This document shows positions 13,201-25,359 of a stretch of 64,000 nt of DNA, one piece after another. Positions within the stretch are counted from its first letter, which is position 1, and each line of letters opens with the position of its first letter. The notes beneath the pieces are model-generated. The model was not told where the DNA came from. It did not search any database and saw only the letters and a list, made by a program, of their open reading frames with translations. Source of the stretch: Azolla caroliniana (taxonomy: Eukaryota > Plantae > Polypodiophyta); contig JBHGNT010000015.1 of NCBI GenBank assembly GCA_043228905.1, forward strand, positions 18,848,001-18,912,000, read 5' to 3'. The position numbers were made by a program, and so were the translations under genes.

Positions 13201-16012
13201 GAAGAAAACCACATGCGTACAAGGAGCAATGAGTCGGAAGGCCACATGCTCTACACGCACTCGAATGGAGGAAGAGGACGTGGACAAACGAGAAGCCGAT
13301 TCGGCCAAGGACAAGGTGGACGAGGTCCGACCTACGACAACAACTCCCAATTTCGGCCACGAAACGGAAGCCAACGAGGAACCTTCCCAAGAAGGGGGAA
13401 CTTCCACGCTGGCCCGAGCCGTCAAAATACAACCGAATGCGGATATTGCGGAAACCTCGGCCACCACGAAGAAGAGTGCCGAAAGAAGATGCGTGAATCG
13501 ACTTCCACAAGCCGACAACTCACGAATTACACGCACAATTCCGACTACGAAGAGTATAGCGGAATGTACGGGCACAACTCCGACTACGAGGATTGTGACG
13601 GAATGTATGCATACAACTCCGACCATGGAGGAATGTTCATGATAAAACATAGAGCAAACTCTATGCCGGCCTCTACCTCAACTAGTGCCCTTAATCCGGA
13701 GGACGTATGGTTTGTTGAATCTAGATCCTCAAACCATATGACATCTCATAAAGAATGGTTTCTCGAACTTCGAGAGCCGGAGCGACCCGGTTATGTCGAA
13801 ACCGGAGATGGCACTACGCACCCGATTTGGCACATCGGCAATGTTCCGTTCGAGAAAGAAGGTAAGCAAAATTACATTAAAAATGTCTTGAATGTATCGA
13901 CCATTACGAAGAATTTGGTCTCCGTCGGCCAAATTGTAGAGCAAGGGATGCAAGTTCGATTTAATCAAGGCCGTTGCTTCATCGAAAAAGAGGGCCGACT
14001 CATCGCACGCGGACAAAGAGAGGGCCGAATGTTCATTCTCGACCCACACGAGATGAAATCGGCCATGTTCGCAAAGGGCATGAAAGCCGACTCCGACATA
14101 GATTTGTGGCACAAGCAAATCAGCCACATCAATCTCAACAAACTCAAAGCAATGAAATCGAAAGGAGTCGTCATCGGACTCCCGACATTCAAAGAAAAGG
14201 AGATTGAAGGTGTATGCAAAGCGTGCCAATTCGGCAAGCAACACCGACACCCATTCTACTCGACGTAGTCCATTCCGACGTATGGGAACCGGCGCAGACG
14301 GCTACATTCGGCGGATGTCGATATTACGTGCTCTTCATCGACGACTTCTCTAGGCACACTTGGATCTACCCGATGCGGCAAAAGAGCGAAGTGTTCGGAC
14401 ACTTCCAAACATTCAAGAATGAAGTCGAGAAAGCCACGGGCCGACATGTACATTGTCTTCGATCGGATGGCGGCAAGGAGTACTTCTCGGACAATTTCAC
14501 GGCATATCTCCGAAAGGAAGGAATTCGGCGAGAATGCACTTGCCGACACACTCCGCAACAAAACGGAGTAGCCAAGTGCAAAAATTGGCACATCCTCGAA
14601 GTAGCGCGGGCCATGATGAACGAGAAGCATATGCCCAAGTCATATTGGGCTAAAGTTGCAAATACGGCCGTCTACCTAATGAACTAGTGCACAACATCCG
14701 GCGTGCACGAGGTCACTCCGCATGAAAAATACTTTGGAAAGAAGCCAGACTTATCGCACATCCGGATATTCGGCGCGATAGCGTACATGCACATCCTAGA
14801 TGAGAAGCGTCAAAAGCTTGATCTGAAGTCGGAGAAATGTATCCTCGTAGGATAATCATTGGAGCAAAAGGGGTACAAGTGCTACAACCCCGCAACTCGA
14901 AAATCTCGAGTAAGTTGAGACGTCGTTTTTGACGAGTCTGCATCCTGGTACGCACCAGAGACAACTTCACCTCCGACTCCGCTCGACCCGGAATCCGTCA
15001 AGGATGAAGATCGCCCTACGCGCATGATCGAAGAAAGTCCGATCAAGACCTGACTGAGCGGACCACAAGAGCCTTTGAGCAATCAAAGCACATCACGGCC
15101 TAGCCCGAAGATGGATAAAGGCAAGGCAAAAATGGCGGAATATGCAGACGATCGCGTCGACGATGACGAGTCGACTCACTCACTCGACAGTGAGTTTGGC
15201 GGTTTCGAGGTACCAATCAAAGCTAAGAAAGCCCTCATCTCTGCAAATGAAAAGCTCTGCCGATCGACCCGTGAAAAGAACCCTGTAAGCCGATTCAGCT
15301 ACAACGATTATATGGCATACCATTACGCCTTTCTGATGAAGGTAGCAACAGTACGGGAGTCGGAAACATTTTCCGAAGCAGCCAAGGATCCGCGATGGAT
15401 CGACGCAATGAACGAGGAGATGCAGGCACTACGAAAGAACGAGACATGGGATCTCGTTCCCACCTCCCCACACAAAAAGGCGATCGGATGCAGATGGATT
15501 TTCAAAGTGAAGTACAACGCCAACAGTTCCGTCAACCGCTACAAAGCGCAACTCGTAGCAAAAGGTTACGCCCAAACTCACGGAGTTTACTACGAGGAGA
15601 CCTTTGCCCCGGTGGCAAAGATGACGACAGTGCGGACTGTAATTGCGCTTGCCGCGGCGAAAGAGGGGCACCTCCATCAAATGGACGTCAAGAACGCCTT
15701 TCTACAAGGCGAATTAGAAGAGGAGGTGTACATGATACAACCACCCGGCTTCAACTCGAGCAGCCATCTGAAAGTTGTATGCCGACTCAACAAGCCACTT
15801 TATGGCCTCAAGCAAGCACCGTGTGCTTGGCATTCGAAGATAACGCAATATCTTCATCAAATCGGCTTCCGTATGTCAAAATCGGACAACTCCCTCTACA
15901 TACGAAGCGATCCGATCGTCATCATTTTATATGTGGATGACCTAGTCATTGGAGGTGAGCATCTCGTCGAAATCAATAAGGTCAAATCCCTCCTTTCCGA
16001 CAAGTTCGAGAT

Positions 16013-18483
16013 TGTTGAGATATCAAGCTCAACTAGTTTAATCTAGTTAGTCAACACATGTAACTTAGTAGTTACCTAGATCGAATCTAGTTAATGTGTT
16101 GACCTTAAGCCTTTAAATAGGACCTTGTACTTAAGTGGGATATTCTAGATCCTCCACTCCTTAGTACATTTAATGTAGGACTTACACATAAGTACCTATG
16201 TTCTACCCACACATGTGCACCTTTGCACATGGGTTGTATATATACCTCATTGTGGGTATTTTTTATGTTGATGACACTTTTCAATATAGTCAATCATCCC
16301 CCATTTATCTTTGTGTTCAAGTGTAACTTCCTCTCTCTCTCTCTTCCTCTCACACACTCTCACGTGCATATCATACTAATTTTCTGCTGCTTAACGTAAC
16401 CATATAATTAGTCTCTAATTAACCCTAGTTAATTACCTAATTACTTAACATGGTATCAGAGCGCGTGGTTTAGGAAATCCACTAAGCCCACCGCTTATTC
16501 GTGATTGTGTGTTCGAGACGCTGACGACAAATCCTGGCTATTCGCTATCCGCTACCGTAGTGCCGCTACGAAGGACGTGTACGCGACCAAGAGAAGAAAA
16601 ACAAAACGGAAGACACAACAATCAACATGAACAAACAAATGGGAAGCTCACTCCCTAGCGAAAAGCTAGACCGAAGCAACTATTCATCTTGGGATTACAA
16701 GATGAATCAATACCTTGTCGGCCAAGGGTATTGGAGCTACATCAACGGCGCACAAGGAAACAAAACCGAAACCACACACGCCAACTACCCAACATGGGAG
16801 CAAGGCGCGAGTCGGGTAATGTATTTCTTGGCAACATGTGTAAACGACCACATGCTTAGCCACATTCGTGACGCCAAGACTCCCAAAGAGGCGTGGGAAA
16901 ATCTCAAGAAGATTTTCGCTGCGGACACATCCGCGCGCAATCTTCAACTCCGGCAAGAGTTGAACAACATACGACAAAAAGAAATGTTCGTGACGGACTA
17001 CACCGCCAAGATCAAGAGCATTTGCGACTCGCTTGGCTCCATCAACGTCAACATCGACGAGGACGAGATGGTGCAAGTATGCTTGGGCGGCCTCGCACAA
17101 CGATTCAACCCGTTGAGAACGGCAATCTTGGCGAGAGATACCCCTCCCTCGTTCTTCAACCTCCAATCAATGCTATTGGTCGAAGAAAACCACGTTCAAC
17201 CAAAGACCAACACATCGGAAGGACAAATGCTCTTCTCCGATACGGATGGTGCCCATAGACGAGGTCGACGCGGAAGAGGTCAATTCGACCTATCCCACGA
17301 AGGGAATTCACAATTTCAGCAAGGAAACGGAAGCCATCGAGGAACCTTCACAAGAAGGGGGAGCTTCCACGCCGAACAAGGTCGGCGAACGACGCCACCT
17401 ACGTGCAACTATTGCAGCAAAATCGGCCATCGCGAAGAGGAGTGCCGAAAAAGACGAAGCGAGTCGGCCTCGACAAGCCGGCAACTCACAAATTACGCCA
17501 CGAACGCGGAATACGCGGACTACGGTGGACTCTTCGTGATGAGGCATAGAGCGAACTCTATGATGGCCTCCGATCCCGCAAACTCCGCAAGCACCTCCAA
17601 CTCCGAACACGCGTGGTTCGTAGACTCCGGCGACTCGCACCACATGACGTCGCACCAAGAGTGGTTTCGCGACTTGCGAACGCTGGATCGACCCGGCTAC
17701 ATAGAGACCAGAGACGACACTCTGCATCCCATTCGGCTACATAGAGACCGGAGACGACACTCCGCACTCGCGATGAAGGTAGTGGCCGAACAAGAGCCCG
17801 AGGATCCAAGCCTTCGTCATAAGCTTGAGGGGGAGAATAAGCCACGCAACGCCGCGCAACAAAGCCGCGGAGAGCCGCGCAACGCCGCGAAGAAAGCCGT
17901 GCAACGCCACGCAACAAAGCCGCGGAGAGCCGCGCAACGAAGCCGCGAAGACGCGAAGAAAGCCGCAAGCCGCACCGATGCCGACGAAGCCGAATGAAGC
18001 TAAACCGGACGTTGGACGCCTCACACTTGAGCTTGAGGGGACGTGTTGAGATATCAAGCTCAACTAGTTTAATCTAGTTAGTCAACACATGTAACTTAGT
18101 AGTTACCTAGATCGAATCTAGTTAATGTGTTGACCTTAAGCCTTTAAATAGGACCTTGTACTTAAGTGGGATATTCTAGATCCTCCACTCCTTAGTACAT
18201 TTAATGTAGGACTTACACATAAGTACCTATGTTCTACCCACACATGTGCACCTTTGCACATGGGTTGTATATATACCTCATTGTGGGTATTTTTGATGTT
18301 GATGACACTTTTCAATATAGTCAATCATCCCCCATTTATCTTTGTGTTCAAGTGTAACTTCCTCTCTCTCTCTCTCTTCCTCTCACACACTCTCACGCGC
18401 ATATCATACTAATTTTCTGCTGCTTAACGTAACCATATAATTAGTCTCTAATTAACCCTAGTTAATTACCTAATTACTTAACA
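16013..18483 (+). mobile_element. Young non-autonomous gag-only Copia derivative (TR-GAG-like), 2471 bp
   Basis: LTRs 16013-16450 and 18044-18483 differ by about 2 substitutions plus one CT unit; perfect TSD GAGAT; PBS TGGTATCAGAGC 16451-16462; PPT 18029-18043. Confidence 0.93.
16627..17997 (+). CDS. Copia Gag (capsid + CCHC knuckle) fused to truncated protease and a repeat-encoded Arg/Ala-rich tail, 456 aa
   Basis: Uninterrupted ORF; CNYCSKIGHREEEC; PR motif altered (WFVDSGDSHH); no INT or RT. Confidence 0.8.
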   Translation: MNKQMGSSLPSEKLDRSNYSSWDYKMNQYLVGQGYWSYINGAQGNKTETTHANYPTWEQGASRVMYFLATCVNDHMLSHIRDAKTPKEAWENLKKIFAADTSARNLQLRQELNNIRQKEMFVTDYTAKIKSICDSLGSINVNIDEDEMVQVCLGGLAQRFNPLRTAILARDTPPSFFNLQSMLLVEENHVQPKTNTSEGQMLFSDTDGAHRRGRRGRGQFDLSHEGNSQFQQGNGSHRGTFTRRGSFHAEQGRRTTPPTCNYCSKIGHREEECRKRRSESASTSRQLTNYATNAEYADYGGLFVMRHRANSMMASDPANSASTSNSEHAWFVDSGDSHHMTSHQEWFRDLRTLDRPGYIETRDDTLHPIRLHRDRRRHSALAMKVVAEQEPEDPSLRHKLEGENKPRNAAQQSRGEPRNAAKKAVQRHATKPRRAAQRSREDAKKAASRTDADEAE

Positions 18484-20349
18484 GAGATGACGGACATGAA
18501 GGAACTCCACTACTTCCTCGACATCGAGGTAATTCGGACTCCGGCCGGAATCATGATTTCTCAACAACACTATATCCTCAACTTGTTATACAAGTTTGGT
18601 ATGGCTAAGTGCAAATCCGTGGCAACCCCGCTTGATCGTAATCTCAAACTAGATGCAAACTTCGGCACCAAAGCGTGTGAGTCGACTCAGTATCGACAAC
18701 TCATCGGAGTCTCATCTACCTCACGATCACTCGACCCGATCTCAGTTATCCGGTTGGTCTCCTTAGTCAATTCATGCAAACACCGCGTGATACTCACTTG
18801 GATAGCGCTAAGCGAGTTCTATGGTATGTGAGCGGCACAATGGATTACGGCATACTCTACAAGACCGCGATGCCAATGCAACTCGAGGGGTACACAGACG
18901 TCGATTGGGCCGGCTACAAAGTCGATAGAAGATCAACCTCCGTATTTGTTTTCTCCCTCGGTAGCGGAGCAATATCCTGGAGTAACAAGAAGCAACCAAT
19001 TGTCACCCTTTCGAGCACAAAGGCGGAATACAGGGGCACAGCAGTGGCTGCATGTGAAGCCGTATGGCTCAAACGGATACTCAAGGATCTGGGCGTACCC
19101 ATCAAGGATCCAACTTCCCTTTACTGCGACAACATGAGCAATATTTATCTGGCTCGGAACCCAGTGTTCCACGCGCAGACAAAGTACATCGAAGTGCACT
19201 ATCACTTCATCCGAGAGCGCGTTCTAGCTGGCGATGTCGACCTACAACACATTAGCACAAATCTTCAAATGGTCGACATCTTCACTAAAGCCTTAGGAGC
19301 CGACAAGCTGTGGCAATTCATGACTGATCTTGGATTGATGATCCCTGACCTGCCAAGCTTGGGGGTGAATACTGAAGCTACTACGCAATAACGCGTGGAT
19401 TCCACACCCGCGCAAGACACCCAAGACATTACGCAATAACGCATGGATTACGCAACCGCGCAACGAAGCCACGAAGAGCCGATCTACCGCACAAAGCCGC
19501 GAAGAAAGACGCAAGCCGAAGCACAGACTTCGCAACTATGCACAACGCAAGTTGGAGCACGGATTCCGCAACTCCGCATAAATGCAAGTCGACGCGGACT
19601 CCGGAACGCGAGTTGAAGCAGATTTCGGATACCATCTAAAACCGACCCGACTTGAGCTTGAGGGGGCGTGTTGAGAATCAAGCTCAACTTGGTCTAGTGT
19701 GTGAACTCACCTTGAGAGTGAATAGACAATCCAACGGTCAAGAGTCACCATTAAGTCACCACTTTGTATTCTAGCACTTAGTATGAGTCATAGAATCATA
19801 TTCTATGACACATAACTTATGAGCTTTCACATTCCCCATGCTCCATGAGTCTTGTAGTTAATGAAGAGAGAAGGTGCCTATATAAAGCACCCTCCTCCCT
19901 CTTTGTAAAGTGTTGAGTCTTTCTCCTTTGTTAATATAATCTACCTTGCATATACTCTGTGTTTTACTCCTTGTCTCTCTCACTCTCTCTCACTCTCTCT
20001 CATATACACATACAGTTCACACCTATTCCGCTACACAAGAATCATACCCGATTCTTTACATATTGATTATTGTAAAAACTCTAGATCATTGTAAAATGTC
20101 CTAGAACATTCTAGAACATTATAGAAATCTCTAAGCTATTCTATAGGAACCTATAAATAAGGGCATACATGTATTCTCAAATCAATTTGAATCAACGCCA
20201 GTCTTTAGCTCTCATTACATATCTTGTATCCATTCTCTTTATTTTTGTATCTTAATACACCCATTCTTCTCTTAGCATTTCATTCCTTTCTTCTCGTGTT
20301 CCCTTATATCCTTCTTCCATCACTCTATCTTTTATTCTTGGTTCTGACA

Positions 20350-21134
20350 GTATCTCGAGAACCTCATCGTGGATGCTCGGCGTGACAACTCGGGGAAAAC
20401 CAGACAACCACATGTCCTCTAAAATATCTTGCATCAGCATCTCGGCCTTGAATGGGCCCGTTGTGCCGACTATCGTTTTAATGGTTTTGTCGAGCCCCGA
20501 CAAGCTCTCTCAAGCATTCACAAGGCGGTCTACAACGACCACCATTACTTCTACAAGCTCACCCCTTCTCATCCTGAAACTGCTTTGTCACCCTTTTCAC
20601 GTCAGTTTCCCCAAAGATGTCACAAGAGTCCGCGTATACCTATCGGATCGGGCAAGACCATGGGGCCCTTGAACTAGGGAGTCAGAGGAAGAGAGGCATT
20701 TAAGCTTGTTGTGGCTATCCGGCTCGACTGTCGGATTTCCTAATTGAGCACACAGGTTCACAGACTGAAATAGATACATGAGGATGGAGGCAGAGAGAAG
20801 CATTACCTTCCCGGACACAAAAAATAGGAAGCAGAAATGGACACAACACAAAGAGAGACAAAAGCAAGAACACATGAAAAGTCTTCCAAAACGATGGATC
20901 CCCGAAATAGTCTTCATGCCCCCCTTTTATAGCACAAGGATAGGTTGTTACATCGTAGTAATGACAGTCATTTCTGTCAGGGATTTTCCCACAATTTCTG
21001 ACCATCATATCCTATTATTCCCCTTGTTTCATGGGATCACAAAAGTACCTAAATGATCTTTCATGTGCAAATGCACATCCCCGTTCACACGCATTCAGCG
21101 AGATTTTTCCTTATGGCCAAAATCCTCCACGACA
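20350..21134 (-). mobile_element. 5' LTR + degenerate Trp PBS + start of gag of a Trp-primed Gypsy-type element; host of chromovirus 1
   Basis: LTR 20618-21134 (plus-strand TGTCAC...CACGACA), minus-strand PBS TGGGGAAACTGACGTGAA, gag fragment KTIVGTTGPFKAEML..FPRVVTPSIHDEVLEI similar to the 6470 ORF. Confidence 0.78.
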
Positions 21135-22014
21135 ATGCAACTCCGTATGTCAACATCCGTGCATCGTCAAACCAACGGAAAAACTGAGAGGCTTAATCAG
21201 TTCATCGAATACTATATTCGTTGTTACATCAAGGCGGATCAATCAGATTGGGTGGAGCATGTCGACATGCTTGAGTTCTACTACAGCGCAGCTATCTGCT
21301 CAGCAATGGGCTTCTCTCCATTCAAGCTATCAATGGGTAAAGAAGTACTCACGCCGATTGCCTTGTTAGATACTACTAAGAAAACACAAGTAGAAGAATG
21401 GAAGGAGAGAATGCAAGCAGCAGAAAGTCTTAGATGATTAATCAGGTCAACAAGAAACGTGAACATGTAGAGTTTTTCCCAAGAGACTTAGTATTAGTCA
21501 AGGCAGCTAATTGGTCGTTAACTCAGGGTCTCACACCAAAGTTCAATCACAAATACTATAGCCCATACAAGATAACAAAATAGATCAATAATGTCTCCTA
21601 CAAATTACAACCTACAACCTCAAAATTCATGGCGTTTTTCATGTCAGCCTACTAAAGCGTTTTCATACAGATGAAACGTGGGGTCATGAGGCAACCAACA
21701 ATATGCCATGTGAACTAGAGGCCATATTAAAGACACAAGTTCGTCAAGGGAGAAGACACAACTTGATCAAGTGGCAAGGCCGATCATTGATAGAAGCTTC
21801 ATGGGTTACTGAGGAGGCGCTACAACAAGCAGGTTTCGAGTGGTTAATGAAGCCACGAAACCATCCAAATTCTTAAGGAAAACCATAGTTAGCATGGGGG
21901 GCTATGCTGCCCGCATGCATTAGTTTTGAGCTTGAAATTCTCACCCCTAGCGGGAGAGTGTTACATCTGTTAGGTCTACCAAAAATAAAGAAATTGTTAT
22001 GACTACTTAAAAAT
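21135..22014 (+). mobile_element. 3' remnant of Gypsy chromovirus 2 (integrase C-terminus, chromodomain, PPT, start of 3' LTR)
   Basis: QLRMSTSVHRQTNGKTERLNQ, HGVFHVSLLKRF, ELEAILKTQ..LIKWQGRSLIEASW; PPT GCGGGAGAG; TGTTAC at 21959. Confidence 0.8.
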
Positions 22015-25000
22015 TGTTGAGAGATCAAGATCAACTAGAGTTAGTTAGTTAGTTAGTCAACCACGTAACTTCGTAGTTACCTAGATCGAATCTAGTTAGA
22101 AGTGTTGACTATAACGCCTTAAATAGGACCTTGTACTTAAGTGGGATATTCTAGATCCTCCACTCCCATGTTCATTTAATATAGGACTACACCCTTGTAC
22201 CTATATTCTCCTCACACATGTGCACCCTTGCACATGATATCTATATATACCTCATTGTGGGTATTTTTGTATTTGATGATGCTAATTTAATATAGAGTTA
22301 ATCATCCCCCATCTTGTGTTCTTCATAAGTGTAACTTCCTCTCTCTCTTCCTCTCACACACATACACACACATATCACATAATCTTTCACGCTTAACTTA
22401 ATCACATATTAGGTACTAATTAAAGGCTTGCTTAATTACCTAATTCTTAACATGGTATCAGAGCGTGTGGTTTACAAAATCCATTAAGCCCACCCGACTA
22501 TGTGATTGTATGTTCAAGATGCCGACGACAAAATTCGGTTATCTGCTATCGTAGTGTCACTACGTAGCACGTGTACGTGATCGAAGGAAGAAAAGCAAAA
22601 GAAGAGAAGACACTAATCAACATGAACATACAAATAGGTAGCTCGCTCCCTAGTGAAAAGCTAGACCAGAGCAATTATTCATCTTGGGAGTACAAGATGA
22701 ACCAATACCTCGTCGGCCAAGGGTATTGGAGCTACATCAACAACGCACAAGAAAATCGACCCGACCCAAAGAACGCCGACTACTCAACATGGGAGCAAGC
22801 GGCAACTCGAGTCATGTATTGCTTGGTAACATGTGTCCACGACCACATGCTTAGCCACATTCGAGAGGCCAAGACGTCCAAAGAGGCGTGAGAGAACTTA
22901 AAGAAAATGTTCGCCGCCAACATGACCGCCCGAAAGCTTCAACTCCGACAAGAATTGAACAACATTCGGCAAGAAGATAAGTCCATGTCGGACTACACCG
23001 CCAAGATAAAGAGCATTTGCGACTCGCTTGGCTCCATCAACATAATTATCGACGTTGACAAGATGGTTCAAGTATGCTTGGGCGGCCTTGCACAACAATT
23101 CAACTCGTTGAGATGGCAATCTTGGCGAGGGAAAACCCTCCTTCATTCTTTGACCTCCAATCAATGTAATTGGTCAAAGAGAACCATAACTGAATCAAGA
23201 CCAAGACATCAGAAGAACAAATGTTCTTCTCGAATTCGGATGGTGGCCGAGAACGAAGTCGAAGCGATAGAAGAGGTTGATTCAACCCATCACACGAAGG
23301 GAATTCAAACCTTTGACAACAAGACGGAAGCCATCAAGGAACCTTCGGAAGAAGGGGGGGCTTCCATGCCAAACAAGGTCGGCAAATGTGGCACATTGGC
23401 TGCAACTATTGCGGCAAAATCGGGCACCGCGAAGAGGAGTGTCGGAAAAAGAGAAGTGTTGGCTTCAACAAGACGACAACTCACAAACTACTCCAACAAC
23501 TTCGAATATGACGACTACGGTGGTCTATTCGTAATGAGACATAGAGCGAACTCTATGACGGCTTGCAACTCCACAAGCACCTCCAACTCGAAAGACGTGT
23601 GGTTCGTTAATTCCGGCGCCTCATATCACATGACATCCCATGAAGAGTGGTTCAGTGATTTGCACACACCTGATCGACCCGGCGTCATAGAGACAGGTGA
23701 CGATACCACACATCCCATTCGGCACATCGGCAATGTCCCATTCGGGAAAGAAGACGAGCAAACTTGCATCAAGAATGTCTTGCACGTGCCCACAATAACA
23801 ACGAATTTGGTCTCGGTCGGTCAAATCGTGGAGCAAGGCATGCAAGTTCGTTTCAACAATGAAGGATGCTTCATCGAGAAAGATGGCCAACTCATAGCTA
23901 AGGGACAAAGAGATGGTCGCATGTTCATCCTTGATTCAAACGAGGTGAAATCGTCCATGTATGCCAAATGTCTCAAATCTGAGACAAACATCAAGTTGTG
24001 GCACAAACGAATCGGCCACATAAACCTCCAACAGCTTCGAGCAATGCAATCAAAGGGAGTCGTCATCGGACTTCCGACATTTGAGTCGACCGAGTATGTG
24101 AAGTGTGTCAACTCGACAAACAACATCGACTTCCCTTCCCGAAGGAGAGCTACACAAGCAAAGGTCTCCTCGACATCATACATTCAGATGTATGGGGACT
24201 GGCTCAAATGCTGACAATCGATGGATGCCGATACTACGTCACCGTCATCGACGAGTACTCGCGGTACACATGGATCTTCCCGATGAAGAAGAATAGTGAA
24301 GTGCTCTCCCACTTCCAAAAGCTCAAGGGCCAAGTCGAAAAAGAAACCAGTCGACACATCCGATGCCTACAATTGGATGGAGGCAAGGAGTACTTTTCCG
24401 ACGAATTCATCTCCTACCTCCAAGGTGAAGGCATTCAGAGAGAATTCTCATGCCGACACACACCCCAACAAAATGGAGTTGCCAAAAGGAAAAATCAGCA
24501 AATACTCAAGGTAGCACACGCCATGATGCATGAGAAGCACGTGTCGAACTTCTATTGGGCCGAAGCGGCATCCACGACCGTCTATCTCATGAATTGATGC
24601 ACCACTAATGGAGTACATGAGCTAACTCCATACGAGCTCCTTGTCGGAAGGAAGCTGATCCTATCGCACCTCAAGGTGTTCGGAAGCATTGCGAATGTAT
24701 GCATCCCGAGCGAACAACAACAAAATCCCGACGCGAAGTCGGAGAAATTTATCCTCGTAGGATACTCGTCCAAGAAGAAGGCATACAAGTGCTACAACCC
24801 CTCAACCTAGGCGATTTGGATGAGTCGGGATGTAGTCTTCGACGAATCGGCATCTTGGTATAAGCTTGATTCGGCTCCACCCGACCCAACCAAGGAAGAG
24901 TTGAACGTCAACTCGGAGGACGATATTCGGACAAGTACTGTACCAAAGGACAATCCAAGCCCACCAAGCCTTCAAGCATTCCAAGCACGGCGCGGCCAAG

Positions 25001-25023
25001 TACAACCTTGGGCAAAGGCAAAG
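22015..25023 (+). mobile_element. 3'-truncated Copia element F (LTR family of 16013-18483), gag-PR-INT pseudogene
   Basis: 5' LTR 22015-22452, PBS TGGTATCAGAGC 22453-22464, gag ATG 22622, INT IHSDVWG/LQLDGGKEY; breaks off in the INT-RT linker; no 3' LTR. Confidence 0.88.
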
Positions 25024-25359
25024 CAGGTTAACTCAGAAAGGAACAAGGGTATGAATTGTAATATTCAGTTTCACATTGTGGTATAACTATTAAGTGTGTT
25101 ATCACTTGACTAGTTCTAAAGCGATCAAGTGTGAACACACTAGGGTCCAAGGTTTCTACATATATAAGGAGGGTAGTTACCTTCTTATCAAGGGAGGCTT
25201 GACTTTTGTTGAGACTACGATAGTGTGGCTATAGCTCTTGTTAGTTAAGCACAAGCATTAATCATAGAACCCAAGGTACGGCTCATCGATGGTATGGGAC
25301 ATCGAGGAGGTTCAGGTTCATCTCACGGCATTGCGAGGGGGTGGTCGGGTGCTTTGACA
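25024..25359 (+). repeat. Probable remainder of chromovirus 2 3' LTR
   Basis: Contains TATATAAGG box and ends GGGTGCTTTGACA, a typical LTR terminus; follows the truncated Copia F. Confidence 0.45.

Larger units (their letters stand above)
12646..19391 (+). pseudogene. Copia E gag-pol, frameshifted and interrupted by 16013-18483
   Basis: Gag CCHC CGYCGNLGHHEEEC, mutated PR (WFVESRSSNHM), INT (VHSDVW, LRSDGGKEY), RT (LYVDD), RH (YCDNMSNIYLARNPVFH). Confidence 0.88.
12112..20060 (+). mobile_element. Ty1/Copia element E, full length but decayed, inserted in the 3' LTR of chromovirus 1
   Basis: LTRs 12112-12483 and 19669-20060, PBS TGGTATCAGA 12484-12493, PPT GAGCTTGAGGGGGCG to 19668, TSD GATTG/TATTG (1 mismatch). 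Confidence 0.93.
167..20349 (+). mobile_element. Ty3/Gypsy chromovirus 1 (Tf2/Tcn1-like), decayed, split by three nested insertions
   Basis: RNase H (EADVSDFALG, NYEVHDELLAVV, SDHKNL) 167-670; integrase HHCC/DDE (HDASMAGH..CDTC, SMDFI, SDRG, SAYHPQTDEQTER) 1554-2554; chromodomain (EYEVAAILDSKIVRNKLYYLVYWLGY) ~11690-11960; PPT GAAGGAGGGATAG 11964-11976; 3' LTR 11977-12111 plus 20061-20349. Confidence 0.88.

Noticed and set aside
16105-18324. Two identical 62-aa minus-strand ORFs (16105-16293, 18136-18324)
   Set aside because: They lie within the paired LTRs; identity reflects LTR youth, not genes.
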